Of a stretch of 64,000 nt of DNA, positions 1-13,924 are shown piece after piece. The notes under the pieces were generated by a model, which was not told the DNA's origin, did no database searches, and was given only the letters and a program-made list of their open reading frames with translations. The position numbers and the translations under genes are program-made. The stretch spans positions 20,832,001 to 20,896,000 of the forward strand of contig JBHGNT010000004.1 of assembly GCA_043228905.1 (NCBI GenBank), written 5' to 3'. Positions within the stretch are counted from its first letter, which is position 1, and each line of letters opens with the position of its first letter. Source of the DNA: Azolla caroliniana. Lineage: Eukaryota; Plantae; Polypodiophyta.

Positions 1-36
1 CCCTCTCAAACTGAACCGAACCTTTGCCAATTGTTA
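1..36. mobile_element. 3' end of a hAT-type MITE (family of 7964-8300), inserted in the LINE and continuing outside the window
   Basis: ccctctcaaactgaaccgaacctttgccaattgtta resembles the 3' end of the 7964-8300 element (ccctctcaaacccaactaaaccgttgtcgattgtta). Confidence 0.6.
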
Positions 37-3000
37 GCTGTCAATGAATTTATATCTTTTCTGCACTCAGGAGGCCTCCAATTAAATTCAAACATCGTTG
101 CTAAGAAAGCACCAATTGTTGAACCATAATAGATTCTGAACATTTGAATGGCCGGGTACTATTAACAACATGCCACCATGAAGCTGTAATTCTCGTTTTC
201 CCATGGTATATACCAACCTTCACAAAATAATTAATTATTTCTTCCCAATGTTGGGTACCTATGCACATACCTTTCAAAAGATTGAATCTTTGAGCTACCA
301 TATGATCTTCTAAATTTAGTAAAGTAGTACCCCCTAACCATTTTGGGGTACAAATATTGTTCCATGATACCCAACTCATACCAAGGTTTCTTTCTTTCTT
401 TTCTATCGTGTATATTTAAGTGAACGAGCTAAATGATCAAGTGATTTCTTTGTCCACAGTAACAATGGAAAAAATAAGAAATCATTGGAATCATTATACT
501 AGCTTGTACCACTTTGAGACGAGTACTAAATGGCCATGTTTGAGACTTCCAATACATAAATTTGTCCAAAATGATTCCCGGTATCCAATTCAAACTTTGC
601 GATGATGAGATATCAATACCAATAAGGTAACGTAAGGGTCAACGACTCAACACACATTCCCTTGATCTAATATTTGGCCACCCCATCCAAGATCAACCAA
701 ATCACTCTTAGCGCATCTAATGAGCATAAACTTCCGCATATTTATATGTAATCCTGATGCCAATGCGAACACATTCCATACCTCCATGGATTTAGCTATA
801 TTATCAGGTGTCGCTTTGAGAAATAAAAACGAATCATCAACCAATGCTTGGGCAATCAATTGTCTCCTTTATGGTAGAGCTAATCCAACTATTTCCCCAC
901 ATGTTGCCAACTCATGCATCTTCACCAAAATTGGGTGTGTAGCAATTGCAAATAATAATGGACTCAATGGGCATCCTTGTCTAAGTGATATTTTCAATGG
1001 TATTGCCCTAGTAACTCCACCATTTAACATAATGTGTGATACTACACCTAATCCCACCAACAACGATATTCAAGACATCCTTTCCCCAAAACCCATATGA
1101 GACATAAGTTGAGTAATAAAGACCAACTTACACGATCATATGCCTTCTCGATGTCAAATTGTATCATTACAATTTGTTGTTTTGATTCCTTTGCATAATC
1201 CACTGCCATTTGCACATTCAAAATATTATGTCGCTTCCCTCAATAAACCCATATTGCACTGGATGGACCACAAACGACAATACCTTTTGAAGTTTATTTG
1301 CAATTACTTTGGCAAAAATCTTATACATCCCACCCATTAATGATATCAGTCTCCATTGAGCAAAAGACATAGGAGATGTAACTTTTGGTACAAGTTTGAC
1401 AAGACCAACTTTCTATGAATTGGGCATTTTACAAGAACTCCACACTTCTTGGAATATCATTGTTAGAGGGGCTTTGAGTTTTGGTACAAAAGCTTTAAAA
1501 AACTGACACTCGTAATTCCATCCCAACCCGAACTTTTATCAACTACAAGATGTGACAATACATATTCCACCTCCTCCTTTATATATCCTCCTCCAATGCA
1601 ATCATGACATGTTGCCTACCATTCGCCTTGACTGAGTTAAGTAACATCGATTGCGCTTGTGTCATGTCATCATTCAGAATACAATCTTGCCCAAAAAGAT
1701 TCGGCGTGAAATGTAAATACAATTATCAATAATCACTTGTGGGTTTGTATTCAAAGTTCCATCAATCTCTACACGTACAACATTCATTCTAGCATGACAT
1801 GCATGCAACGCATGACAAAACTTATGTGAATTACAATTGTGAACATGTGCTTCATTTTTCATAGCCATCACTTGTGATTGTTGATAACTGCGAACCTCAA
1901 ATACTTGTAAGGCTTGTGACAATGTCTCTTGAATATCTTACATCAAATCATCAAATGGAATCTTTACCAACAATGTATTGCATCTGTTTAGAAAGTGTTG
2001 TAATAAAATCATCTTTTGTTTACAGATGGATGCTTGATACCATAATATCGTGTAAATCATTGAATATTGGAAAGACAAATATCCCATGACAAAACACTGT
2101 GGACATTGACTTGTCTTGTAAACTCCCCCACCAATTGTCCCATAACATGTTTAAATTTATCATGTCCACGAAAAGATGAATTAAATCTCAATGGTTGTCT
2201 TTCCAATAAAGATCTAAAACCGTCCACATTTTGATGTGTGCATTCCAAAACAACTGGGAAATGATTTGATGATCCAATCCCCCTATACACTTGCATAGTC
2301 AAAAACTTTGGCAAGAATGTATCATCATGCATAATATAAATGCGATCCAGTCTACTCCAAGATGATCTATATTGTGCCAATTGAAAAGTATAACCAACAT
2401 CATTTCCATTGATCTAGGTCCATGCATCATACCTTAAGACATCCATCATAAAAAAATCCCATACCTCTCGTTCGGGAGCATCCATCAAGCCATGCATTGA
2501 AGTAGATTGACCCACCTCAGAAAACATATTAAAATCCCCTAACAAAAAACCTGATCTCCCATGTTGTAAAACTTGATTTAAACATCTCCAAAGATCCATA
2601 TGTTGTCTTGCAACATTTGATCTATAAATACCAACCACCCAAATCTGTTTCCATTCATAATTAACTTCAACCACCAAGAACCGACCACATACATCTCTTT
2701 GAACCACTACCAGTTTCAAACTATCCCTTACAATAAGCATTACACTTGAATAAGGCCCCCCACTGATTCCAACATAAAAAACATGATGTTGCTTATAATG
2801 AAAAGAAGACCCAGACTTAGCATGCTCCTTATGTTCTAATGCACATAATATATCCCATTGACTATTAAAAAAACTTTTCCACATACCATACTGCTTGGAT
2901 GGAGAACAAATTCCCCTTACATTCCATGTGACTATCTTCATCACTCACTAATTATGTTGCTTCTTGGCTTGTTCTTGTTCTTGTTGTGTCAATATCTTTG

Positions 3001-4414
3001 ATACATATCACCGAAATAATCACTTAAGAATACAAATGCATTTTGCACAGATGGTCGATGATTATTGGTGGATACCATTGTAACCCGTAAATTATCTCTT
3101 CTCCAATTTTGTTTTTCTAATAGTAAATTGATTTTACCGTTCTTATCAAACCTAATGTTAAAAGGTTTTGTCACTTGATTAGATTGTTTTTATTGTGACC
3201 CTTGCCACGGTTTTGACCTTCCTTTCAATTGACCATAATTATGTGCATGTGATAACCCCATAGGATCCCAAGAGGAACTACCCCTCTCTCGCCCATGATG
3301 TGCATAAACTTATGATTTACCCTAGAGGCCACCTTAATCCAAGATCCATCCTCATCCATTAAATCTTTTCTTCTTTCTTGAATACCTTTGTCAATATGTT
3401 CCAAAATAACGACACTCTTACCTTTTTCAACATTTGCCTCCTTACTTTTCACCACCTCATTATCATTTAGTATAGACTCTGTCATTAACTCGTCACCATG
3501 GGAATTATTAGTCACCTCCACTGCCGGTGTTTGTTGACATTTCGCCATGAAATGGCCTAAACCACCACATCGGAAGCAATGACCAGCAAATGATCCCCAA
3601 TGCAATTGGCAACAGAATGACCTCATCTCCTCAGTTTTTATGTTTAGCCACAAAGGTTTCTTTTCTATTGTATTCCATAGCATACATAACCTATATCTAT
3701 TATATGCTTTGGCATTTGGGCCTACTATCACCCTTCCCAATTGTTCCATTACACCTTGAATTATAGGCCATAAAAACAAAAATTTACACTCATATTGGAC
3801 ACTCTTGTCTCAAAATTTCTTGAAACTCGGTTAGTGGTCTCCAAGGGACAATATAGACTAAATTATTATTGTAAAAGACCGGCAGATGTGATAACAATCT
3901 ATCTCGTTGTTCTTCAGTTCGAAAAATGACCTAAAAAATGCGCGTGAACCTTTATACACATCTTCCACAATATTTCTACCAATAATTGCATTTAGCCATT
4001 GTGCCATCCAATTTACTAAAGGATTTTTCCCTGTAAAGAAGCAAATAATGCCTCTCTCATGAAACATGGAAAACGCCTTTAAAACATGCATCTCCACCTC
4101 TACAATCTCATCCTCTTCTACATTGGCCACCATATCTACATATAGTGTCCGGTAAAATCTCATGGAGTGCTTCATTAGCAACTACATGCATTACATCCCA
4201 ATATTGAGTCCTCCTCACCTTCTCCCATAACATGTGCATATGATGGTCTTGGCATCATATCTATATCCCCCTCATGCATATTATTAATGCTGATGTTTTG
4301 TTTCTTCAAAATAACCTCATCTTCTCCTTCTCCTCTCTTACTCAGTATTTCTCTCTCATTTATACATCCATCCATCCCTTCTATATATACTATGCGTTGA
4401 GATATCAAGGTCAA
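37..4414 (-). mobile_element. Degenerate L1-type LINE retrotransposon (ORF1 and ORF2 fragments)
   Basis: Minus-strand fragments in canonical order: ORF1 zinc knuckle CFRCGGLGHFMAKC (3225-3779); APE endonuclease MKIVTWNVRG, LLGDFN, SRLDRIY, SNHFPV (2057-2944); RT motifs LRQGCPLSPLLF and LVDDS (647-1063); VSWNNICTPKWLGG (101-379). Many stops and frameshifts. Confidence 0.9.
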
Positions 4415-4475
4415 CTAACTTTAGCCATTTAGTTAACCATGTAACTTAGTAGTTACCTAAATAGAATCTAGTTAG

Positions 4476-4790
4476 TGTGTTGACCTTAAATCCTTAAATA
4501 GGACCTTGTACTTAAGTGGGTTATTCTAGATCCTCCACTCCCAAGTACATTTTATATAGGACTTACACCTTTGTACCTATATTCTCCTCACACATGTGCA
4601 CCCTTGCACATGAGATATATATATACCTCATTGTGGGTATTTTTGCAACTTGATGATGCTTATTAATATAGAGAAAAGTCTTTTGCTACACTCTAGTTAA
4701 TCATCCCTCATCTTGTCTTATTATTCATAAGTGTTCTTTCTCTCTTCGTCTCACACACATACACACACATATCACATAATCTTCCACAAC
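4476..4790. mobile_element. Possible solo-LTR remnant
   Basis: Starts tgtgttga, has a TATA-like tatatata and ends ccaca; no convincing TSD. Confidence 0.25.
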
Positions 4791-5181
4791 TTAATCACAC
4801 ACGTGATTAAATATTCACATAATTAGATACTAATTAACCCTTAGTTAATCATCTAATTATTAACACTATGCCCCAATTATAAGGAAAAGGAAAGTAACAG
4901 AAGGATAATTAACCTGGAATAGACAGGATGACATTCGAACTTGTCGTCGAAGAAGAATGTTGCTATAGCACTTGCCCAATTATGTCGATGTAGCCTCTTC
5001 TTCTTATATGTACATAACTTATCTATCTCTAGATCTGTCTATCTCTCTTCTTTGTCTCCTTCCTTTTCAATCTACTTTGGGAAAATGAGAAGGAACGGAT
5101 GTGTTGGTGCTCTAGTGGCAAATAATTGTTCCTCTCTCTCTCTGTCTCCTACTCTATTTCTCTAATTTTTCACGTTTCTTA

Positions 5182-5217
<36 letters not shown>

Positions 5218-5993
5218 CTCACTTCTTTTTCTTCAACTCTCTGGTTGTACCATACAATAACCACAAGAAATTAACACTTATCTTCTCCCTTTCCTAGATT
5301 CCTCACTAAATGATCTATGTACAAAAACCCCCTACCACGCATGGAAATGTAGGGTCCAGGTGTGGAATTGTAGCTTACAATGATGTATCAATAATTTAAA
5401 AACCTATTACTACACGAGCATATGATTGATCGGAATAAACATGAATTCCAAATCCAAACCATCAACAAAAAGTTTGATTAGAATTTGATCGAATATAAGG
5501 CTTGTTTTAGAGATGCCCCACTCTTGTTATGTGGTTGGTCGGCTTCTCTTTTTGGCCATTGGAACTTAATGACTAAGTCGTCCACAATAAAACAAATACA
5601 TTGATTGCTTTCAATAATTTCAAATCCAAATGGGTCTTGGTCTTGCTTTCTTGCTTTACCAATATTTTCAAAGCCAAATAGGTCATGATACTTGATTTTC
5701 TTGTTGGCCCACTAGTATGACTAAAAAGAAACAATTCATGTTTTTTATTGATAAGAGGTGGGTGTGATTTGAAGAACCGAGTAATATGATGACAATGATC
5801 ATTATTGTCATTGAACAATATAGAATGATGTATGTGTATACAGGTGTGTATACAGACTTATCCTTTCAAAAGAGGTCAGTCATGGATAACATTATCACTA
5901 TAGTTTGAGAGTGATGAGCATGATTGATCCAATGAGTGGTTATAAATTCGTATGAATCACTAAGAATGATGTATGTGTATGCATGCATGCATG

Positions 5994-5995
<2 letters not shown>

Positions 5996-6091
<96 letters not shown>

Positions 6092-6176
6092 ACATATACT
6101 AGATGCCAAATTTGGCCTATGAGACAAACATGATTGTAACAAATATGGGTGAATTCATGTGATATCCACCAATTGC

Positions 6177-6219
<43 letters not shown>

Positions 6220-6306
6220 ACATATACTAGACGCCACATTTGGCCTATGAGACAAACATGATTGTAACAAATATGGGCAAATTCATTTGATATCTACCAA
6301 TTGCAT
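5996..6306. repeat. (GT)n(GA)n microsatellite plus ~128-bp tandem duplication
   Basis: The unit (GA)n-tgaacatatactaga...ccaattgcat occurs twice here and once in the paralog (~39030-39141). Confidence 0.85.
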
Positions 6307-7963
6307 TGGTTGTTAGGTAAGTTCATACAGAGGAGTTAAGTGATAAGGGATACACTTGGGGGAAGGGGGAGATCTAATTAACCCAATTACAATTTACAAG
6401 AGAGAAAACAAAAGGCGATTTATCATAGTGTACAACGTAAAACCATAAGAGGGATGACCTGTACAACGTAAAGTCCATCCCTAGTTAGCAAACTACTAGA
6501 ATATAAAAAGAAAGAACAAAATATATATTATGGTCTTTTAAGAGGCAAATTTGGCCTATGAGAACAAACAAGAGCTTACATCTTGAGATGTTACATCTTT
6601 GAGAACAAACCAAAGTAAATGCAACTACACACATAAAGGGTAAAATGTAACTACATAAAGTGACTAAAGAATGGTGTTATCCATAGCATTTGTCTTGTTC
6701 TTATCTTCATATGTTTGGAATGATGTATCTATGGACATGTACTCCAATACTAGGCTAACATGTAAATTGCATGGGTTATTATTTCATACTTCCGGTCCTC
6801 ACAAGGCATTCATATTTAAGTGCAATGATTTCATGAATATGCATGTTGTATCAGGCAATATAACCCTTGCTTATTCGTCACTCCCACTTTTCACATGATA
6901 AAACTTAGTTGATATATGAAAGTGGGGATTAATAATGTACACCAAGAAATATATATGAAGGTGTTTGATGGGCACCATATTTAATCACAATAAATTGGGA
7001 AGTGAAACATTCTTGGTTAAAGGTCGAGAGCCACAATGATTGTTGGTTGGTACAATCATCAAAACCCCAAAAGCTGAAGAACAAAGAAAGGGTCTCAATG
7101 TTACACAGGATGCATCCTCGTGAAGGAGTATATGCTTTAATTCACATTTTCCTTGTTGCCATGAAAGGAGCTACATTTCATTACGGGAAAAAAAAAATGT
7201 TTTGTTTCGATGTTTCTTCATCATGAACATATTTAAAACATGTAGTTCCTATCGATCGTATATATTATGTGTTGCTTTAGATGTGCCTAATTAGATCTAA
7301 TGGAGCGTCAAATGCCTTGTAAATTTAGAGATTATCGACCTGATTGTTGCACCTGAATTGTATGTAATCATCAATTCTTCAAGAAAATCCTACTAGTAAA
7401 CCAAACTGATTGATTCAGAGCTCTTAATGAACCTAAACAAACTTATGACATTATATATCGACCACTTCAAGCAATTTCTCAGTAACTTCCATGCATTTAG
7501 TGAAACAAAACACCATGAATATGGGGGGAATGCATGGGAATCAAAGCAAACAGGAATTCAAGTAGCTTTAGACAGCATAAGCTATACCTAAAATTATCCA
7601 TCATGGAAGTCGAAAGGGCACAATTTCACATCTTTTGGATTCATGGAGCTTTAAGCTTCAAACACGGGATCCTCACAATTCCTCTCATTGTTCCCAATGA
7701 TCTGTAATGCATCCTCTGAATACCTGTGTAGCATTTTTCGGGCAATTCGTTTAGGTTTAATTTTCGTAACCTAAGCCTCTTTGGGTGATTTTGAGATGCA
7801 ACAAGAAGAAGGCAATCAAATACAATTGGGTGAATTCATGGAAGAAAAGCATAACAAAGAGAAAGAATTAAGTGATGGGAGGTTTTTAATCTAAGTAAGG
7901 AAGCATTGAATGGCTACAATTTGGAAGGATGGGTAAGAAGGGAGAGAAGAGGGGGCATGGAAG

Positions 7964-8300
7964 TAACAATCGGCAACGGTTCGGTTCAAGTTTAGGTTTC
8001 TATTAACGGTTTGGTTCGGTTTCAACAATCAAAAACCGCAGTTTAGACGGTTTAACGGTTCTTTATTTTATTTTTAAATTTTTTTAAAAATTAAATATTA
8101 TAAATTTTTAAAAATTAAAAATTAAAAAGTAAAAATTTGACCTAGGTTGAAAACCAAAACCAAACCACGAAACCGTGGTTTTTACGGTTTAACGGTTTGA
8201 AAAAGTTTAACGGTTTCGTAGTTCGGTTCGGTTCAGGTTTCAAATTTAAACAGTTCGGTTTGGACCCTCTCAAACCCAACTAAACCGTTGTCGATTGTTA
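7964..8300. mobile_element. hAT-type MITE
   Basis: 18-bp TIRs taacaatcggcaacggtt / aaccgttgtcgattgtta; subterminal cggtt/aaccg repeats; imperfect 8-bp TSD catggaag/gaaggaag; empty site in the paralog at ~41124. Confidence 0.85.
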
Positions 8301-8391
8301 GAAGGAAGGATGGGGATGATTGATGTATGCACAGAGATGAGCCTTGAGAGTTTGACCCCTGCACAAAAGAGAGAGAGTCTAGAGAGAGAGA

Positions 8392-8620
8392 GCCCAGATG
8401 ATTGTAGCTCAATTGGTAAGGTTGCCCAATGGAGACCAGGTGATCATGGGTTCAACCCTTACATTCCACAGTGGCATCTAGTGAATTCAGATATATATAT
8501 ATATAAAGTGTATAATAGAGAAGTGAGAAAATGAGACAATTGGGTTTCGAACACAAGATGATGCAGTGTATGTGGTGTTAACAACTTATCACTAGGGTAA
8601 GCTAATTACGATAAAAAAGA
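8392..8620. mobile_element. tRNA-derived SINE-like element with two convergent Pol III heads (copy 1)
   Basis: Plus-strand A box tagctcaattgg and B box ggttcaacc; minus-strand A box (accctagtgataag) and B box (gtgttcgaaacc); homologous along its length to 26599-26815; flanked by (GA)n. Confidence 0.7.
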
Positions 8621-9551
8621 AAGAGAGTGAGAGAGAGCTTAGTTAGTAAGGTTGCCCAACTCAAGAAATCAAAATGGAGACCTTACCAACTCAAGAAATC
8701 AATCAAGAAGTCTATAGAGAGAGAGAGGCACACATAGACTACCACTAAATAAGTATAGAGAGTAAACAAATCAATCTTGACTCTACTCTCCCCATCAATG
8801 GATGCCTTCCCTTTCGAGAATGATTCAATCAAACGTGAATGGTAAATCATCTCAACGTTGGATTGGATATATAAGAATGGTTTTGATTGAATCACATGTC
8901 ATCACGTTTCAATACTTATTATGAATTATTAAAGTACTAAACATTAGAAAGATAGAGAAAGAGGGAGAGAGAGCTTCAGCTTCTATGACAGTATTCCCAG
9001 GACAATTCACCTTCTTTCTCTTCCGTCTTCCTCAGATTCTTCCTGTTGTTTTGATCACCGCCGTCATCATGATCGACTCTGATTCTGTTTCTGATTCTGA
9101 GGATCACCATGGTCCATGACTATGATTCATCTGATTCCGGGGATCACCATGACTATGATTCATCTCATTCTCACACCTGATTCTCGTCCACATGGTGGAT
9201 CAAGCTTCTGCTCTTCTTGGTCATCGTCATAGTGTTCTTGAGAATCATATTGGCTCTGTGCATGTCCCTGGCTCTAAGGATCTCCTCCCCATCCTCTCCA
9301 CGATCTCCACGGTGTGAATTTTCTCATGAAACCCTATATACCTTGCAGCGTTTATACTGATGATTCGTGACATAATGGAGAGAATGAATCAATCACTAAT
9401 GTCATTAATCCTCTCATTAAGTTTCAATTCTCAACTCCAATTAAGTCATTAGATCCTTCAATTATGCCATGGATAACTCTAGCATAACTTGAAGGGTTTA
9501 TGCCATGACATATCCGCTCATATATGAAACTCCCATGAAATTTTAATGCAG

Positions 9552-12149
9552 ATATTAGCTTTGTTCCACCTCTCCTGTAGTCGATCCTGGGAGTTTCGAG
9601 AGAAATCGCCATTGGCCCCGTTGCCGATGTGTCCATTCTTTTGGGCAACTTAGCGACTACGGAGTTCCCTCCACCCCCTGAGGCCACTACATCATGCGAT
9701 ACTACCTCTTTGAAGTTCATCAATGCAGCTTCCACCAGCTATACCCAGTCCTACCTTTCCCTCATCTTCACTGCCACATTCTTCACTGGAGTCTTCCAGA
9801 CTGCCATTGGCTTCTTCAGGTTATTGAAATTAACTTAAATTTACATGATTATGTTCTATTTCTCATGTTGAATTTCTCGTGTATGTGTGTTAAAGTCTTA
9901 AACATGTATGTGTGTGTTAAAGTCTTAAACATTTTTCTCACCATAGAATAGATTAAATGATACGCACATCGCGGATTAGGCCCTAAAGATGATGAACTTC
10001 TATAAGAGAACTAACCATACCTAGGTGCAGTGGGGATCCCTTCCACCTGCCTCACCTAGCCAGATATGCTAAACTTTGGAAGGTCATAATGTTACAACAT
10101 TGTAGTAGAACAGGGAAAATGAGATTTTTTTCCACCACGGAACACTTATTCTAGCTGAAACTTTTTGTGCATATTAGGAAGATAGCATTAAATTTTTGTA
10201 TTCACTTTTGCAACCCTGGGCTTCAAACGTATCTTTGGGACATGTTTTTGGCACAGACTCGGATTTCTTGTCGATTATCTGTCCTATGCTGCAATTGTTG
10301 GCTTTATGGTTGGTGCAACCCTCACTATTGCTCTCCAACAGCTCAAAGGTCTTCTTGGAATACCTACGGAATCCTTTACGAGGAACATTGACATTGTGTC
10401 TGTTCTTCATTCAGTCTTTAACCATACATCCAAGATATGGTATGTGTTATAATTTCTTGAATGAGCTCTTGTCGATGCAAATCTTATTGAGGCATGTAGC
10501 CATTTATAACTGTTATTACTAATGCTTTGGGACATAAGTATGTCTATAGCAGTCCAAGAGCAGTTGAAAGGGTAAAAATCTATGCTGAAATTTCATGTAA
10601 TCGCTTTAAACATAATATAAACCATTGTTGGGAAAGAAAAAAAATAAAAAATCTTAGTGAGGCCAATTCTTACTAGTGTTGTTGATGTTATAATGCTGTG
10701 AACAGTGGAATTGGGAGATGATCCTCATCGGCCTCTTCTTCCTAGTATTCCTTCTACTAACCAGATATATTGTGAGTTACAAAATTAATATATCAATGTA
10801 AGCACTTTATCATGAGAATGCACATGAATTTTTGGAGTAAATGATAGCCTCTTCTTCCTAGTATTCCGTCCACTAACCAGATATATTGTGAACTGTTACA
10901 AAATTAATATCGATGTAAGCACTTTATCATGAGAATGCACATGAAGTTTTGGAGTAAATAATGCCAGCTCGGGGGGTAATTGGTTGGGTGAAGAGTCCAT
11001 GTTTAGCTAGGTGTCCTAAGACTCTTGTTTTCTTATTTCTTTACTGTCGTTCTTATACAATTTTGAGCATCAGATCTCATGATTACATGAGAAAAAAGCT
11101 GTAACTTTGTTACATTTTAAATTTGCAATTCAGGCCAACAAGAGGCCAAGGTTTTTTTGGATATCAGCAATTGCTCCTCTCATTTCTGTCATCCTTTCCA
11201 CTCTCTTCGTTAAAGTCACTCGTGTGGATGAGCATGGTGTTGCCATTGTATGTTATGTTATAGCCATTTCTATATCAAAGCATTTGTGATGATGATATCA
11301 GAAAATTGTGTAAAAATTGGTTTGTGCTATGTAGGTCGGAAATATTGAGGGGCACATAAATCCGCCATCAATTGAACGCTTTATGTTTCATGGTTCCATC
11401 CTTAAGCATGCTCTTGTTATTGCTGTTCAAGCAACGCTTGTAGCACTCACAGTAAGTACTATCCCTTGGGGATGCAACGCAAGACATTACTAGCACTATC
11501 TTTAACAAACTAAATTAGAACAAAATGGATCTATATATATCACCGGAGGGGATTTCAATAGGAAGGACTTTCGCATTCATAAGAGATTATAACATCGATG
11601 CCAACAAGGAGGTGATAGATTTTGGAGTAATGAACATTGTTGTGTCTTGCACTTCTTGCTATGTTGCCACTAATAAACTAAGTTTCTAAAAAGACATTTT
11701 GTAGCCAAATTCTAGCACATTTTGTTACTGAATTGCTGGTAAGGTGTATTGTAGTTAACCTCCATTAATGTATGTTTATGCATATGCTCATAACTAATTT
11801 GGTGTGTGATCATTATGGCATCGATAATACTAATGAAGGGTGGACATGGATGTCACATGTAGGATCCTTCTCATGATCAGCCGTGAATTATAATGCCGGT
11901 TGCAAGACACCAATGACCAACATAATAATGTCCATCCTGGTACTTCTGGTACTAGGAGTGGCAACACCTCTATTTCACAATACTCCTAACTGCATCCTGG
12001 CATCCATAATCATAAATGCGGTTCTTGGCCTCTCTGATTACAATGCCATGTATAAGATATGGAGAGTTGATATGGCCGACTCCGTCATCATGGTTTGTGC
12101 ATTCCTTGGCGTTGTTTTTGGTTCCATTGAAGTCAGCCTTCTCATTGTG
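9552..12149 (+). pseudogene. SULTR: Truncated sulfate transporter (SLC26/SulP) pseudogene
   Basis: Exons match the gene at 42309-48363. Exon 1 and all STAS exons are missing; CGA>TGA at 11874-11876; donors GT>AT at ~10435 and ~11673; acceptor AG>CG at ~11544; ~117-bp internal tandem duplication at 10730-10960. Confidence 0.92.
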
Positions 12150-12249
12150 GTATGCATTGTCCTTTGATTCGGGAACTATCACATAAATATTGATCGTAGT
12201 TGTGTGTGCTTGTCTACTATGATTTTCTTGCTTTTTGTCACATTGATCT

Positions 12250-12790
12250 AACTTCAAACCTAACTACCTCCATATTGATGCTATGTCTCAAGTAGCAAAT
12301 TCAAAAAATTTAGTTGATATGAATATGAATGAAAATGGTGATGTTGCTGATAAGTTCATGAAATTTTGGAGGCTTTAAACAAGATGATGTCATCCTCTTA
12401 GGACTTAGTTTCCCAAACTCTGTGCTAGTCCACCCTTCTGATTGTTGCTTCATTCCCATCATGGTAGCCAATTATACGTTCAAAATCAACTTTGATTGAT
12501 ATAAGTGTTCCTACACTAAGTGCATCTATCTCACAAGAAAACATCCTTCATATAACAGCCTTTCCCCTCTCAATCCGACTTTTACATCAACCTTCTGAAA
12601 TCACAACATCTTCAAAAAATAATAACAAGTTCAATAATAAGTCCAGAACATTATATCAATCAACATATTCAAAATTCGACTATAACAATTCTAAATCAAA
12701 TGAATCTAAATCTAGGTTCCTTTGATGTTTTTGTAAAAAATGTCAAACAAGTGGGCATAAATGACAGGATTATTACAAACAACATGGTGA
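12250..12790 (+). mobile_element. Ancient Copia-like gag remnant in a SULTR intron (paralog ~45510-46030)
   Basis: Zinc-knuckle-like CKKCQTSGH here and CKNCQTTGH in the paralog; a WIVDAS protease-like motif follows at ~13765. Confidence 0.45.
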
Positions 12791-12794
12791 TAAA

Positions 12795-13521
12795 TAGCAA
12801 TGGGCCTGATTCGGTTTCGGTTCGGTTCAGTTTCTTGGCCTTGAAACCAAACCAAACCATTTATTAATAATAATAACTTAATCAAACTGTTTTAAAATTG
12901 ATGAAGCCATTTAAACTGAACTGTTTAGAGCCGAACCGTTAAACCAAACCATTTACGAAAATTTTAAAACCAAACCAAACCAAATTATCATAAATCAAAA
13001 CCAAACTATTTTTTATTGATATTAATCATCATATATACTACAAATTTGTGTGAGAAAATCATCATAAATTTTGTCATCATACGTATCATAAAATTTGTCA
13101 TCATACGTATCATAAAATTTGTTATCATACTTATCATAAAATTTGTCATCATACTTATCATAAATTTGGTCATCATACTTATCATAATTGATCATCATAA
13201 ATAAAAAGGAAACTCTACATATAATACATATAAAATTTAATAAGTGAAAACAAGAGTTTAAAATTAAAAGTTAAAAGTTAGAGCCTATAGAGAATATTTA
13301 TGAGTATTTTTTAACCTATAAACCTTTAAACCGAACCACACAAACAGAAACCGATAAGCCAATAAACCGCTAAACTGGTTAATTCAAAACCAAACCAAAC
13401 CGAAACTGAAACCGATTAGTACATTTGAAACCAACCCATTTATTTATCTTTAAACCTATAAACTGTTAAGCCATGGTTTTTCGGTTCGGTTCGGTTTGAG
13501 CCGAAATCAGGCCCATTGCTA
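12795..13521. mobile_element. hAT-type MITE (727 bp)
   Basis: 17-bp TIRs tagcaatgggcctgatt / aatcaggcccattgcta; perfect 8-bp TSD gtgataaa (12787-12794, 13522-13529); subterminal aaccg repeats; internal 24-bp tandem repeats; absent from the paralog (~46030). Confidence 0.93.
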
Positions 13522-13924
13522 GTGATAAAGGAAAAAGATTTCATAAGTAAGGCCCTACTTATCATGCATTTTATGAGAGGTGTGTTGATATATCACAAAA
13601 AAGGAGCCCATTTGGTTCTGGGGTTCTGTTTCAGAAATCTTAGAGGGACTTGGATATGAGAGGTGTGTAGATATATTGAGCAAGTTCAAGTTCAATTGTC
13701 AAGTTCTCAACAAACATTAACGAATTTCATTAGTTTGATTTCAGGCCAAAAAAACATCTTCCTATTGGATTGTTGATGCTTCCCTTGTCGAGTGGATTCA
13801 TCTACATCTTCCAGTTTCTGATGCATCTCCACAATTCACCCCCTCAAGATTAAGGTTAATGACTTCTTGGCAAACGTTCAACAAGGACAAGGCTACTAAA
13901 CTCCTAAGATACAGTCCGATCATC

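Larger units (their letters stand above)
5219..13575 (+). repeat. Segmental duplicate, copy 1, of 38214-46087 (SULTR upstream region plus part of the gene)
   Basis: Colinear high similarity from ctcacttctttt...ccacaagaaattaac (5219/38214) to cttatcatgcattttatg (~13575/~46087), interrupted by copy-specific insertions. Confidence 0.93.

Noticed and set aside
4900-5170. First exon of a minus-strand gene (donor-like ccag|gttaat)
   Set aside because: No convincing start codon or recognisable protein.
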